A DNA stretch of 64,000 nucleotides from Candidatus Latescibacterota bacterium (lineage in GTDB: Bacteria; Latescibacterota; UBA2968; GCA-2709665). How positions within the stretch are numbered: the first letter of the stretch is position 1; each line of letters begins with the position of its first letter. The translations under genes and the position numbers were made by a program. The notes beneath the pieces are model-generated. The model saw nothing but the letters and a program-made list of their open reading frames with translations, made no database searches and was not told the origin of the DNA. Shown here piece after piece: positions 45,245-54,556 of this stretch. The stretch is taken from the NCBI GenBank assembly GCA_965222075.1, contig OZ244937.1, forward strand, positions 4,736,001 through 4,800,000. The letters run 5' to 3'.

Positions 45245-45745
45245 GTGTTCTTGCAGGAAGCAGGCAAAGCCACCCTCTATGTGGACGGTGCGGCCAAGGG
45301 GAATCCGGGCCCGGCCGGAATCGGTGTGCGGGTGGAAGCGGGCGGAGAACTGGTGGTGGAATTTTGTGACTACATCGGCCAGACCACCAACAACGCAGCC
45401 GAGTATCGGGCCCTCATCCAGGGACTTCAAATGGTGCGAGAAGTGGGCGCAACAGGAGTCCAAGTCATCTCCGACAGTGAACTCATGGTGAGGCAGTTAA
45501 ACGGCGATTATCGGGTAAAAAGTCCCTCCCTCCTGCCGCTTTACCAGGAGGCCCAACAACTCGCCCAAACATTCAACAGCTTCCAGATCCGCCACGTACC
45601 CCGTTCAGAGAATCGGGAAGCCGATCGGCTGGCCAACAGGGGTATTCTAAGAGGAAAAACAAAAGGAGAAACGGCAAGTGGGCCGGATGGCCGCGCCCAA
45701 CAGGGTGAGGAAAGTCCGAGCTCCACAGGGCAGGGTGCTGGGTAA
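45245..45745 (+). CDS. rnhA: Ribonuclease HI family protein
   Basis: 'YVDGAAKGNPGPAG', 'TNNAAEY', 'SDSELMVRQ', 'HVPRSENREADRLAN'. Confidence 0.92.
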   Translation: MFLQEAGKATLYVDGAAKGNPGPAGIGVRVEAGGELVVEFCDYIGQTTNNAAEYRALIQGLQMVREVGATGVQVISDSELMVRQLNGDYRVKSPSLLPLYQEAQQLAQTFNSFQIRHVPRSENREADRLANRGILRGKTKGETASGPDGRAQQGEESPSSTGQGAG

Positions 45746-46052
45746 CGCCCAGGCGGGGTAACCCGACGGAAAGTGCCACAGAGAACAGACCGCCAGCGGG
45801 CGGAACCTCAGGTTCCGCTGCGGGCAAGGGTGAAACGGGGGGGTAAGAGCCCACCGCGCTCCCGGTGACGGGGGCGGCACGGCAAACCCCATCCGGAGCA
45901 AGGCCTAATAGGAGCGGAGAGGTGGCCCGTCTCGCAACAACGCTCGGGTTGGCTGCATTGAGGTACCGGGTAACCGGTACCCCAGATAAATGGCCATCCG
46001 TCCGGTGTTTTGGCACCAGACGACAGAACTCGGCTTACAGGCCCGCTTGCCG
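45672..46052 (+). ncRNA. rnpB: RNase P RNA (class A)
   Basis: GAGGAAAGTCC, GGAAAGTGCCACAGA, GGGTGAAACGG.G.GGTAAGAGC, GGCAAACCCC...GAGCAAG, ACAGAA.TCGGCTTA; P1 CGGCAAGTGGGCC/GGCCCGCTTGCCG. Confidence 0.97.
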
Positions 46053-46126
46053 ATTAAATCGTCCTGCGGCGGACTCAAAGAAAGGGTCCGCCGTCTCCAT
46101 ATCCACACCCTGCCAGGAAAAAACAG

Positions 46127-46963
46127 ATGGGCTTTCTTGAGAAACTGAACGGTGCGGTCAAACGCAACCAAAGCCTGGTCTGCGTCGGCCTCGACCCGGA
46201 CCCACAGCGCCTGCCCGCGCACCTCAAAGGGGGTCCCGATTCGGTGCAGGCCTTCCTTCGGGAAACCATCCACGCCACCCGCGATCTGGTCTGCTGCTAC
46301 AAGCTTAACTTCGCCTTCTACGGCGCCCTGGGAGCGGCCGGTTGGAACATCCTAAGAGAGGGGATGCAGGCCATCCCAGACGACCTTCCCACCATCCTGG
46401 ACTTCAAGGCCGGAGACATCGGAAACACCGCAGAACACTATGCCTGCATGGCCTACGACCGGTTGAATGCCGATGCCACAACCGTCAACCCCTTAATGGG
46501 CCGGGACGCCGTGGAACCCTTTCTCAACTACACCGATCGGTGCGCCTTTCTCCTCTGCCTCACCTCCAACCCCGGATCGGCCGATTTTCAACGCCTTGCC
46601 ACAGAAGAGGACATTTTATACAAAGTCCTGGCCAAAAAGGCCGTTGTCTGGTCTGCGATCGGCCCCTGCGGGCTGGTGGTGGGCGCTACCCACCCCAATG
46701 AACTGCGTGTGATACGGGAACTGGCGCCCGACCTGCCCTTTCTTATCCCTGGGGTCAACACCCAGGGTGGAGACGCAAAATCCGTCGTTCAGCACGGAAT
46801 GGACGGCAGCAGCGGCGGCATCCTGGTCAATGCCTCCCGAAGCATCCTCTACGCCTCCGGCGGCCGAGACTACGCCGATGCCGCACGCCTTGCCACAGAG
46901 GCCCTGAGGAAGGCCCTGAACCAGGCCGTCGAACCGGTGTCTGAACCCCAGCTCAGGGGGTGA
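46127..46963 (+). CDS. pyrF: Orotidine-5'-phosphate decarboxylase (type 2)
   Basis: 'CVGLDP', 'YKLNFAFY', 'DFKAGDIGNT', 'LTSNPGS', 'GLVVGAT', 'NASRSI'. Confidence 0.95.
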   Translation: MGFLEKLNGAVKRNQSLVCVGLDPDPQRLPAHLKGGPDSVQAFLRETIHATRDLVCCYKLNFAFYGALGAAGWNILREGMQAIPDDLPTILDFKAGDIGNTAEHYACMAYDRLNADATTVNPLMGRDAVEPFLNYTDRCAFLLCLTSNPGSADFQRLATEEDILYKVLAKKAVVWSAIGPCGLVVGATHPNELRVIRELAPDLPFLIPGVNTQGGDAKSVVQHGMDGSSGGILVNASRSILYASGGRDYADAARLATEALRKALNQAVEPVSEPQLRG

Positions 46964-46969
46964 TCCGCC

Positions 46970-47965
46970 ATGCCCGCAAACCTCCCCCCCCAATACCTGC
47001 GTGTCAAGCAGCGTTACAGCGAAGCCGCCACGCCTGAAGAGAAAATCGAGTGCCTCCAGGAGATGCTCGCGATCATCCCCAAACACAAGGGCACGGAGCA
47101 CCTCCGGACCGACCTGCGCAAGCGCCTGGTGACCCACCGCAAGGAGGTGCAGCAGGCAAAAAAAAAGGGCGCGCGGACCTCGCAGTCGCTCGATCACATC
47201 GAAAAGGAGGGCGCGGGACAGGCCGTACTCGTCGGCGCCTCCAACACCGGAAAGTCGAGCATCGTCGCGGCCTCTACCGCCGCTGGTGTGCGGGTTGCCG
47301 ACTACCCCTTCTCCACTTTCCGCCCTGCCCCCGGCATGATGGCCTATGAAGATGTCCAAGTCCAGCTCATCGACCTGCCCCCTGTCTGCCGGGACTACAC
47401 CGAATCCTGGGTCTTCAACGTCATCCGCAACGCCGACCTGGTCCTCCTCACCGTCGACCTCTCCCAGCCCGACCCGGAAGAACAGGTCCTCGACCTCACT
47501 GAAATCCTCGAAGTTCACCACTTGATGCTCGCCGGCAGCCGGGACGTGTCCAGCCCCAATCTCTCGACCGCGGTAAAACCCACCCTCATCCTGGCCACCA
47601 AACAGGACACCCCCGCTGCGGCAGCCGGCCTGGCCTCCCTGCGCGAGGCCTACGCCGACGAATTCCCGATCTTTCCCCTGTCCGTAAAATCGGAACAGCA
47701 CCTCAAACAGATGTCCCGCCGGGTATTCGAAGCCCTTGACCTCCTCCGGGTCTACACCAAAGCCCCCGGCAAAAAGCCCGACCTGGACCAGCCCTACGTC
47801 CTGCCGGTGGGCAGCACGGTCTTAGACGTGGCCGAAGCCATCCACAGAGATTTCGCCGAAAACCTGCGGTTTGCCCGCATCTGGGGCTCCGAAAAATACG
47901 ATGGCCAGCAGGTCAAACGGGACCACGTTGTCGAAGACCGTGACATCCTCGAAATCCATATCTAA
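46970..47965 (+). CDS. DRG-like GTPase with TGS domain
   Basis: 'MPANLPP', 'PKHKGTE', G1 'GASNTGKS', 'ADYPFST', 'DLPP', 'TKQD', TGS 'VYTK...ARIWGS'. Confidence 0.9.
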   Translation: MPANLPPQYLRVKQRYSEAATPEEKIECLQEMLAIIPKHKGTEHLRTDLRKRLVTHRKEVQQAKKKGARTSQSLDHIEKEGAGQAVLVGASNTGKSSIVAASTAAGVRVADYPFSTFRPAPGMMAYEDVQVQLIDLPPVCRDYTESWVFNVIRNADLVLLTVDLSQPDPEEQVLDLTEILEVHHLMLAGSRDVSSPNLSTAVKPTLILATKQDTPAAAAGLASLREAYADEFPIFPLSVKSEQHLKQMSRRVFEALDLLRVYTKAPGKKPDLDQPYVLPVGSTVLDVAEAIHRDFAENLRFARIWGSEKYDGQQVKRDHVVEDRDILEIHI

Positions 47966-48016
47966 GCGGATTATCTTTCATTCCCAATTCGTAATCCACA
48001 TCAGGAGGCCCTCCGC

Positions 48017-48844
48017 ATGTCCACCCGCAAACTAACCGAAGAACAAAAACGCCAGTGGGCGACCGACGGCTATCTGGTATTGAAAGGGGCACTTTCAAAG
48101 ACAAAGGTCAAACGGCTCATCCGGGAAGTGGACCGGATCTACAGAAAGCATGCGAGACAGAACCCGGATGCGAACCTGAAAAACGGGATAAGCCGCAGAA
48201 ACGTCCTGCCCGAAAGCGACGCCTTCATAGACCTCATTGACCCCCCGGATACCTTCGATCTGGTGCTCGACCTGCTGGGCCCTTACATCCAGTTGAGCAT
48301 GGCCGAGGTCACCGTGCGTCCCCCCAACACCGACGCCAGTGGGTTCATCCACACCGACGGCGGACAGGCCCTGCGCCACATCCGCGTGACCGAAACAAGC
48401 TGGCCCCTCCAGCTCAAAATCCAGTACTTCCTCACCGACGTAAGCAGGCCGGACAGCGGAAATTTCGCCCTCTTCCCCGGCAGCCATCTGCGGCCCTACC
48501 CCGAAGACGAAACGCCCGTAGGCGTGGACACGCCGGGCGCCGTGCAGCTCTGCGCAAAAGCGGGAGACGCTGCGATCTTCCCCCACGCGCTCTGGCACGG
48601 CGCGTCCCCCAACCTCTCAAAGCGGACCCGAAAGACGCTGATCTACTGTTACAGCCAGATGTGCTTCCGCACCTTCGACTTCAACGGCCATTCCCCGGAC
48701 GTACTGGACCGTTGCACCCCCAGACAGCGCCGGCTCCTGGGAGATCTGGGAGGCGACTGGCGCCCGGGCGCCTACTTCTACGCGCCCCAGGACCAGGTTG
48801 AGGTTATCGAGGGGAAGAAAAAGAGAAGGCGAAAAAGAGCGTGA
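48017..48844 (+). CDS. Phytanoyl-CoA dioxygenase (PhyH) family Fe/2OG enzyme
   Basis: 'DGYLVL', 'HTD', 'FLTD', 'PGSH', 'AGD...LWHG..PN...R'. Confidence 0.9.
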   Translation: MSTRKLTEEQKRQWATDGYLVLKGALSKTKVKRLIREVDRIYRKHARQNPDANLKNGISRRNVLPESDAFIDLIDPPDTFDLVLDLLGPYIQLSMAEVTVRPPNTDASGFIHTDGGQALRHIRVTETSWPLQLKIQYFLTDVSRPDSGNFALFPGSHLRPYPEDETPVGVDTPGAVQLCAKAGDAAIFPHALWHGASPNLSKRTRKTLIYCYSQMCFRTFDFNGHSPDVLDRCTPRQRRLLGDLGGDWRPGAYFYAPQDQVEVIEGKKKRRRKRA

Positions 48845-48980
48845 GGGGGTGTATGAAGAAGCAACAGCGACGGATTATGCTGCGGCAAACCACACAGGAA
48901 AGCGAAGAATGATTGGAATTCATTTCGCATTTTCCTTTAGTCCCAAGCCCTTTTTTCTGGGAATATAGGCCCCTATTGCG

Positions 48981-50876
48981 ATGCCGCTCATTCACCTCGA
49001 AAATATCTGCAAAGCTTACGGCGCCAAACCGGTCCTTACGTCGATTTTCTGGAAAATTGAACCGGGCGACCGTATCGGGCTGGTTGGGCTCAATGGCTGC
49101 GGCAAGACCACCCTCTTCCACCTCCTCACAGGCCGCCTCTTTCCCGATCAGGGCAGCGTCCATCCACAGCGTTCCCTGAAGGTCGCATACCTCCCTCAGG
49201 CCCCCGCGCTTGAGTGTGGGGCCACGGTTCTGAAAACGGCCCTTCAGGGCTTTCAAGGCCTGCTGGACCTTCAGGATCGCCTCAAAACGCTCGAAAGCTG
49301 GATAGCCTCTGGAAACGCTGCCCTCTTAGAGGAATACGGGCGCCTCCGCGACCGGTACGAAAGGGAAGGGGGGTATGCCTCAGAGGCCCGTGCCAAGGCC
49401 ATCCTCTATGGGCTCGGGTTCCGGGAAGGGGACCTCGACCTCCAGGTGGACCTCTTAAGCGGCGGTCAAAAAAACCGCCTCGCTTTGGCGCAGCTCCTCT
49501 CAGGCGAGCCCGACCTCCTCTTGCTCGACGAGCCCACCAACCACCTCGACCTCCAGGCGATGGAGTGGTTGGAAGGCTTCCTAACAGACTGCGACGGTGC
49601 CTTTGTTGTCGTCTCTCACGATCGGTATTTTCTGGATCGGACCGTGAGTGAAATCGTCGAACTGGAGGGAGGGCGCCTTGAACACTATGCCGGGAGTTAC
49701 ACCTTCTACGCCGCCGAAAAAAAGCGGCGGCAGGAGCAGCAGCAGAAAGTCTATGGTCAACAGCAGGCCTATATTGCCCGCACCGAAGAATACATCCAGA
49801 AGAATATAGCGGGACAAAAAACAAAGCAGGCGCAGAGCCGCCGGAACGCCTTGGCCAAACTGGAGCGGATGGATCGTCCGGCCGCACACCGGGACATCTC
49901 CCTCCAGTTCACACCCGGGGCCCGCGGGGGCAACCGCGTCCTCCAGGCTGAGGCCCTCTCCAAGTCCTACGACAACCGCCCCCTCTTTGAGGGGCTCGAC
50001 CTGATCCTCTGGCGGGGAGACCGGCTTGGTATTGTGGGGCCCAACGGGTCGGGAAAAACCACCCTGCTCAAGCTCCTTACCAGCCAGATTCCGGCCGATG
50101 CCGGACGGGTATCCCTTGGGCGAGGCGTTCAAATAGGCTACTACGACCAGATCCGCCAGGACCTCAACCCGGACCTTACAGTCTTAGAAGAGGTCTGGTC
50201 GGTTACCCCGAAAGCCCCCGTGAGCGAGGTCCGCAACCTCCTGGGCGCCTTTCTCTTTTCAGGAGACGCCGTCGATCGGGAAATCGGCAGCCTCAGCGGG
50301 GGGGAACAGAGCCGGGTTGCCCTGGCCAAGCTGATGCGGGACCGTGTGAACCTGCTGGTCTTAGATGAGCCGACCAACCACTTAGACATCCCCTCCCGAA
50401 TCGTACTGGAGGAAGCCCTGGAGCAGTTTGACGGCACCCTCATCGTCGTCTCCCACGACCGCTACTTCCTCAACCGCCTCGTCAGCCGCCTGCTCGTTCT
50501 CGAAGCCGGAACCTGGAAACGCATAGAGGGGAGCTACGAGGCGTTTCAGTGCCAGTCCGTTCCTCCCCCTGCTCGGCCCTCCGCGCAAGACCTCAACAAG
50601 GCCGCACGGAAGGCCGTCTACAGTAAAACACGCAGGGCCCAGCGCGAACAGGAACGTCGAAAACGCCGCGCTTTGAAACTCGAAAAGGAAATCGCAGAAC
50701 TCGAAAAGGAAATGGAGCGTCTGGACACGGAGATGTCGCAGGAAGGCCTCACGGCCGACTGGCTCCGACTCCAGGAGATGTCTCAGGCGTGTTCCCGGAT
50801 TCAGGACCGGATCGACGAATGCTTTGCAGAGTGGGAAACGGTTGAGGCCGAAATGGCCGTAACAAGGACGGAGTGA
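48981..50876 (+). CDS. ABC-F family ATP-binding protein
   Basis: Two ABC domains ('GLNGCGKT', 'LSGGQ', 'LDEPTNHLD'; 'GPNGSGKT', 'LSGGE', 'LDEPTNHLD') with C-terminal coiled coil, no TM. Confidence 0.95.
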   Translation: MPLIHLENICKAYGAKPVLTSIFWKIEPGDRIGLVGLNGCGKTTLFHLLTGRLFPDQGSVHPQRSLKVAYLPQAPALECGATVLKTALQGFQGLLDLQDRLKTLESWIASGNAALLEEYGRLRDRYEREGGYASEARAKAILYGLGFREGDLDLQVDLLSGGQKNRLALAQLLSGEPDLLLLDEPTNHLDLQAMEWLEGFLTDCDGAFVVVSHDRYFLDRTVSEIVELEGGRLEHYAGSYTFYAAEKKRRQEQQQKVYGQQQAYIARTEEYIQKNIAGQKTKQAQSRRNALAKLERMDRPAAHRDISLQFTPGARGGNRVLQAEALSKSYDNRPLFEGLDLILWRGDRLGIVGPNGSGKTTLLKLLTSQIPADAGRVSLGRGVQIGYYDQIRQDLNPDLTVLEEVWSVTPKAPVSEVRNLLGAFLFSGDAVDREIGSLSGGEQSRVALAKLMRDRVNLLVLDEPTNHLDIPSRIVLEEALEQFDGTLIVVSHDRYFLNRLVSRLLVLEAGTWKRIEGSYEAFQCQSVPPPARPSAQDLNKAARKAVYSKTRRAQREQERRKRRALKLEKEIAELEKEMERLDTEMSQEGLTADWLRLQEMSQACSRIQDRIDECFAEWETVEAEMAVTRTE

Positions 50877-50933
50877 AATGTCCAAAATCCTGCAAAAGCG
50901 TCCGGAGGCCCTGGAGAACGGAACGGAAACACA

Positions 50934-50965
50934 AAAATAAAAAAGGGGCGCGGCATGCCGCGCCC
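50934..50965 (-). terminator. Intrinsic terminator after fabZ
   Basis: Palindrome GGGCGCGGC-AT-GCCGCGCCC followed by a long T tract on the minus strand. Confidence 0.8.
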
Positions 50966-50989
50966 GATATACCCCACTGCCTGGCCCTG

Positions 50990-51442
50990 CTATTGCTCCT
51001 TTTGTTCCACAATTGTCGCTATTAGTTCCGCCTCGGCCGCCAGGTTCTCCCCTACAAACGCTCGGCCGGCAACCCGGCACACATTCCGCCTCTGCTGCAG
51101 AACCTCCACCTCCAGCCTCAGCTGATCCCCCGGCACCACCTGCCGCCGAAATCGCGCCTTGTCGATCCCCATAAACAACGGGATGCCATCCTCTCCTACC
51201 TCATTGCCCATCAAGACACCGGCAGTCTGAGCCAGCGCCTCCACAATCAGCACACCCGGCATCAGGGGCCGCCCTGGGAAGTGTCCCGCAAAAAAGGGTT
51301 CGTTGGCCGTGACATTCTTGATGGCCACGGCGCGCTGTCCCGGATCCAGTTCCACAACCCGATCAACGAGCAAAAAAGGGTACCGGTGCGGCAAAATCCT
51401 CTGAATCGCCTCAGTGTCTAACGCCACCTGTCTCCTTTCCAT
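50990..51442 (-). CDS. fabZ: 3-hydroxyacyl-ACP dehydratase
   Basis: '[12 protein letters not shown]', 'KNVT.NEPFF.GHFP..P.MPGVL.VEALAQ'. Confidence 0.97.
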   Translation of the reverse strand: MERRQVALDTEAIQRILPHRYPFLLVDRVVELDPGQRAVAIKNVTANEPFFAGHFPGRPLMPGVLIVEALAQTAGVLMGNEVGEDGIPLFMGIDKARFRRQVVPGDQLRLEVEVLQQRRNVCRVAGRAFVGENLAAEAELIATIVEQKEQ

Positions 51443-52014
51443 TATCGGTTGGGTCCAGGTCCCTGTTTCTTCTTCTCCACCGCCTCCAACTCCTTCTGCA
51501 GCGCCTCCAGAACCTTCTCGGTCAGATCGTGCGCGTCGTCCGCATAGGCCAAGGCAGCAGAATTGAGCACAAAATCGTACCCATTGTCCTTGGCCACGAT
51601 CTGCACGACCTCATTGACCTTGTTGAGGATCGGCGCTAAAACCTCCTGATTCTTTTGTGTCAGTTTTCCTCTTGCAGGGTCCCCGATATCCTGCAGAAAT
51701 CGGTTCAGTTCCGCCGTCTTCCTGGCGATTTCCCGCTCTGTCTCCTCTTTCCAACTTTTACTGCTAATCAGCTTCCGCTGCTCATAAGTCGCCTGCAGCT
51801 TTTTCAATTCGTTCTCGCGCTTCGAATACTCTCTTTCCAGCTCCATCCGATACCCCTGGACTTCCTTCTCAGCCTCCTGAAAGGGTTTATATTTGGCCAG
51901 GATCTGTTCGGAATCCAGATAGCCGATCTTCACCTGTGCCCAGGATGTCGATGCCGCCAAGAGCGCAACCATCCCTGCAAACCCCGCAATCAAACAGAAT
52001 CGTCTCCGCCTCAT
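51442..52014 (-). CDS. skp: OmpH/Skp periplasmic chaperone
   Basis: Signal peptide, 'KIGYLD', coiled coil, 'GYDFVL...YAD...DLT..VL'; follows bamA. Confidence 0.9.
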   Translation of the reverse strand: MRRRRFCLIAGFAGMVALLAASTSWAQVKIGYLDSEQILAKYKPFQEAEKEVQGYRMELEREYSKRENELKKLQATYEQRKLISSKSWKEETEREIARKTAELNRFLQDIGDPARGKLTQKNQEVLAPILNKVNEVVQIVAKDNGYDFVLNSAALAYADDAHDLTEKVLEALQKELEAVEKKKQGPGPNR

Positions 52015-52053
52015 TACGTTATCTCTCCTCCCGTTTAGATAGTGGACACGGAA

Positions 52054-54369
52054 CTAGAAGAACTGCGGCCCAAACTGAAAGTGTGTCATCATTTGAGTCG
52101 GGGTACCATCTACTCGGCTTCTGTCAAGTCCCCAGGCAAAATCGAACCCCATGATCCCAACAATCGGTGCGATAATCCGGATACCGAACCCGACGCCGCG
52201 CCTCAAGTCGAAAAGGCTGGTCTCCGACAGATTTGACCATGCATTCCCCGCATCGGCAAAAATCAAACCGTAGAACTGGTTTTTCACGAGCGGAACACTG
52301 ATCTCCAGGTTCATCAGGAACTGCGATTGGCCACCGATCGGCGTGCCGTTGATATTGCGCGGCCCGATAGACTGTTCGATATACCCCCGAATCATCGTAC
52401 CTTCAATGAAGTTAACCCCACCGGGGGTATAAAGCTCGCTGAACGGGACCGTTCTGCTACCGTAATTGGCCACCATACCCAGCTGGGTCTTCAGACCCAC
52501 GGCAAACTTCCAGAAGAGGGGAAAGTAGGAACTGGACACAATGTCGTGCTTGTGGAAGTCTGTGTTTCCCCCCAGCGGGCCTCCGGCAATTGTTGGGGTA
52601 TAAGAGAAAACCGATCCTCGAGTCGGAAAAATCGGAAGGTCCCGGCTATCCCGGGTATAGTTGAAATTGACGCTGCTGGTCACATTGTCGCGCAGTGAGG
52701 TCTGCAGACGCTCATCCTGCGATATATCCTGGGAGAAGTTGATAAACCTGACCTGTTCGATCCGGTATCCAACAGACACCCGGGAGTAGTCGGGCCAGAC
52801 CAGTCGGCGACCCACCCGGATCAAGGCCCCCTGCCGTTTCTGGTCGAAATCGCTGAAAAACCGCTGCGTATCCCGAAACAGCGTCCCCGATATGCTGGTG
52901 GGCGTATTGAACAGCCAGGGCTCCGTAAACCCAATCCGAAAGGTCGACCGCCGGGACCCGAACTCCCACTGAAAGTCGAGCTGCTGCCCGTTGCCCATAA
53001 AATTGGGGATCTGCAGCGCAGCGGTCCCCACGATCTTGTCCCGCTCGGAAAAACCTGCGCCTACGGAGGCCGTGCCGGTTGACTTCTCTTCGACCTTGAA
53101 CGTCAAGTCGATCTCCGACTTCTCTTCAATCGGCTTCATCGGAACATCCACATTGTTGAAATAATTGAGCTGTTGGATGTTCCGAACGCTCCGCTCGATC
53201 AGGGCGCGTCTGAAGGTCTGGCCCGGCTGAATCCAGAGTTCCCGGCGAATCACCCGGTCTTTCGTCTTTGTATTTCCCGCAATATTCACCTGCCGCACCT
53301 TCCAGGGCTTGTTCTCCGTGACCTGGAAATGAACGTCAATCGTATGCCCTTCCCTGGGCGTCTCCCGAGGAGCGACAAACGCGCCAATATAGCCGATATT
53401 ATTATAATCTACAGTAACCTGCTCGTGAGACTTATCGATCCGCTCGGAACTGTAAACGGTCCCCTCTTCGGCCACAATCAAATGTGCCATTCTTTCATTC
53501 GAAACCTGCTCGTTACCCTCCCACGTGATCTTTCCAAAGGTATAAAGCGACCCTTCACGCACGGCAATATCGATATAGAGATCTTTCTTGTTTTCGGCAT
53601 AAGAGAGGCTGTCGCTTACAATTTCCGCATCCCGGTACCCGTTTTTATTGTAAAACTCCACAATCTTTTTCTTGTCGTCCTCGTAGGTCTCCTCTCTGAA
53701 TTTCCCCCCGCCAATCCACCACCCGTCCTGCTTTGTCTCTTTCATCTGTTTACGGAGCTTTTTATCCGGAAAGGACGCGTTTCCTGAAAACCGGATCTTC
53801 TTCAGATTGACCTTTCCGCCCTCTCTAATCTTAAAAATCAGTGGCATACGCCCTTCGTCATCCCGTTCTCCCCGACCCGTTTCGGCCCCCGCCAGCAGGT
53901 ACCCCTCCTCCCGATAGAGATCCAGGATTTTGTTCTGTGCCCGTTTTTCCGATTGCGGCGAAATGAACTGCCCCCGGATAAGCCCCAGCTTCTTCTTCAG
54001 CTTTTTGGACTTAATCGCCTTGTTCCCCTCAAATTGTATCTCTCCCAGCTTGGGATACTCTTCCACAACAATCTCAACGGCAACCCCTTCTTCCACATCC
54101 GGGTCGATGAAGATCTGGATATTGGAAAACATATCCATTTTGTAGAGGTTGCGAATGGCCCGAGCGGTATCCCCGGACAGCAGTCGTTGCTCTTCGATCA
54201 GGCCGCAGGAAGATCGAATGAGGTACTCCTCTGTAATCTGATTGCCCCGGACGCGAATTTCAGAGACAATAAGTTCCCTCTTCTGAGCCTCAACGCCCCT
54301 GGGCAGAAGCACGCCCAGTCCGATCAGCACAAAACAAAAACCAAGAGACGACCGATTCATCAAAAACAA
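52054..54369 (-). CDS. bamA: Outer-membrane protein assembly factor BamA
   Basis: POTRA repeats ('GN.KT.D.VIRREL'), 'FTEPWLF', 'IRGY', 'FADAGNAW', terminal 'FHFQFGPQFF'. Confidence 0.96.
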   Translation of the reverse strand: MFLMNRSSLGFCFVLIGLGVLLPRGVEAQKRELIVSEIRVRGNQITEEYLIRSSCGLIEEQRLLSGDTARAIRNLYKMDMFSNIQIFIDPDVEEGVAVEIVVEEYPKLGEIQFEGNKAIKSKKLKKKLGLIRGQFISPQSEKRAQNKILDLYREEGYLLAGAETGRGERDDEGRMPLIFKIREGGKVNLKKIRFSGNASFPDKKLRKQMKETKQDGWWIGGGKFREETYEDDKKKIVEFYNKNGYRDAEIVSDSLSYAENKKDLYIDIAVREGSLYTFGKITWEGNEQVSNERMAHLIVAEEGTVYSSERIDKSHEQVTVDYNNIGYIGAFVAPRETPREGHTIDVHFQVTENKPWKVRQVNIAGNTKTKDRVIRRELWIQPGQTFRRALIERSVRNIQQLNYFNNVDVPMKPIEEKSEIDLTFKVEEKSTGTASVGAGFSERDKIVGTAALQIPNFMGNGQQLDFQWEFGSRRSTFRIGFTEPWLFNTPTSISGTLFRDTQRFFSDFDQKRQGALIRVGRRLVWPDYSRVSVGYRIEQVRFINFSQDISQDERLQTSLRDNVTSSVNFNYTRDSRDLPIFPTRGSVFSYTPTIAGGPLGGNTDFHKHDIVSSSYFPLFWKFAVGLKTQLGMVANYGSRTVPFSELYTPGGVNFIEGTMIRGYIEQSIGPRNINGTPIGGQSQFLMNLEISVPLVKNQFYGLIFADAGNAWSNLSETSLFDLRRGVGFGIRIIAPIVGIMGFDFAWGLDRSRVDGTPTQMMTHFQFGPQFF

Positions 54370-54556
54370 AACCGTTTACCTCCACACCGAGGCGATGTCT
54401 ATAGGTCTTGAGGTGCTCTCCGCGCCCTCTGCGTCTCTGCGGTGAATATCTGTGTATATAGAAAACGCCCGGCCCGGCAAAAGGTTCCTGGGGTACGCCA
54501 AACTGGCCCGGGCGAAAACACCCGGGCCCTGTTGGTCAAACAGCGAACATAAGGGG

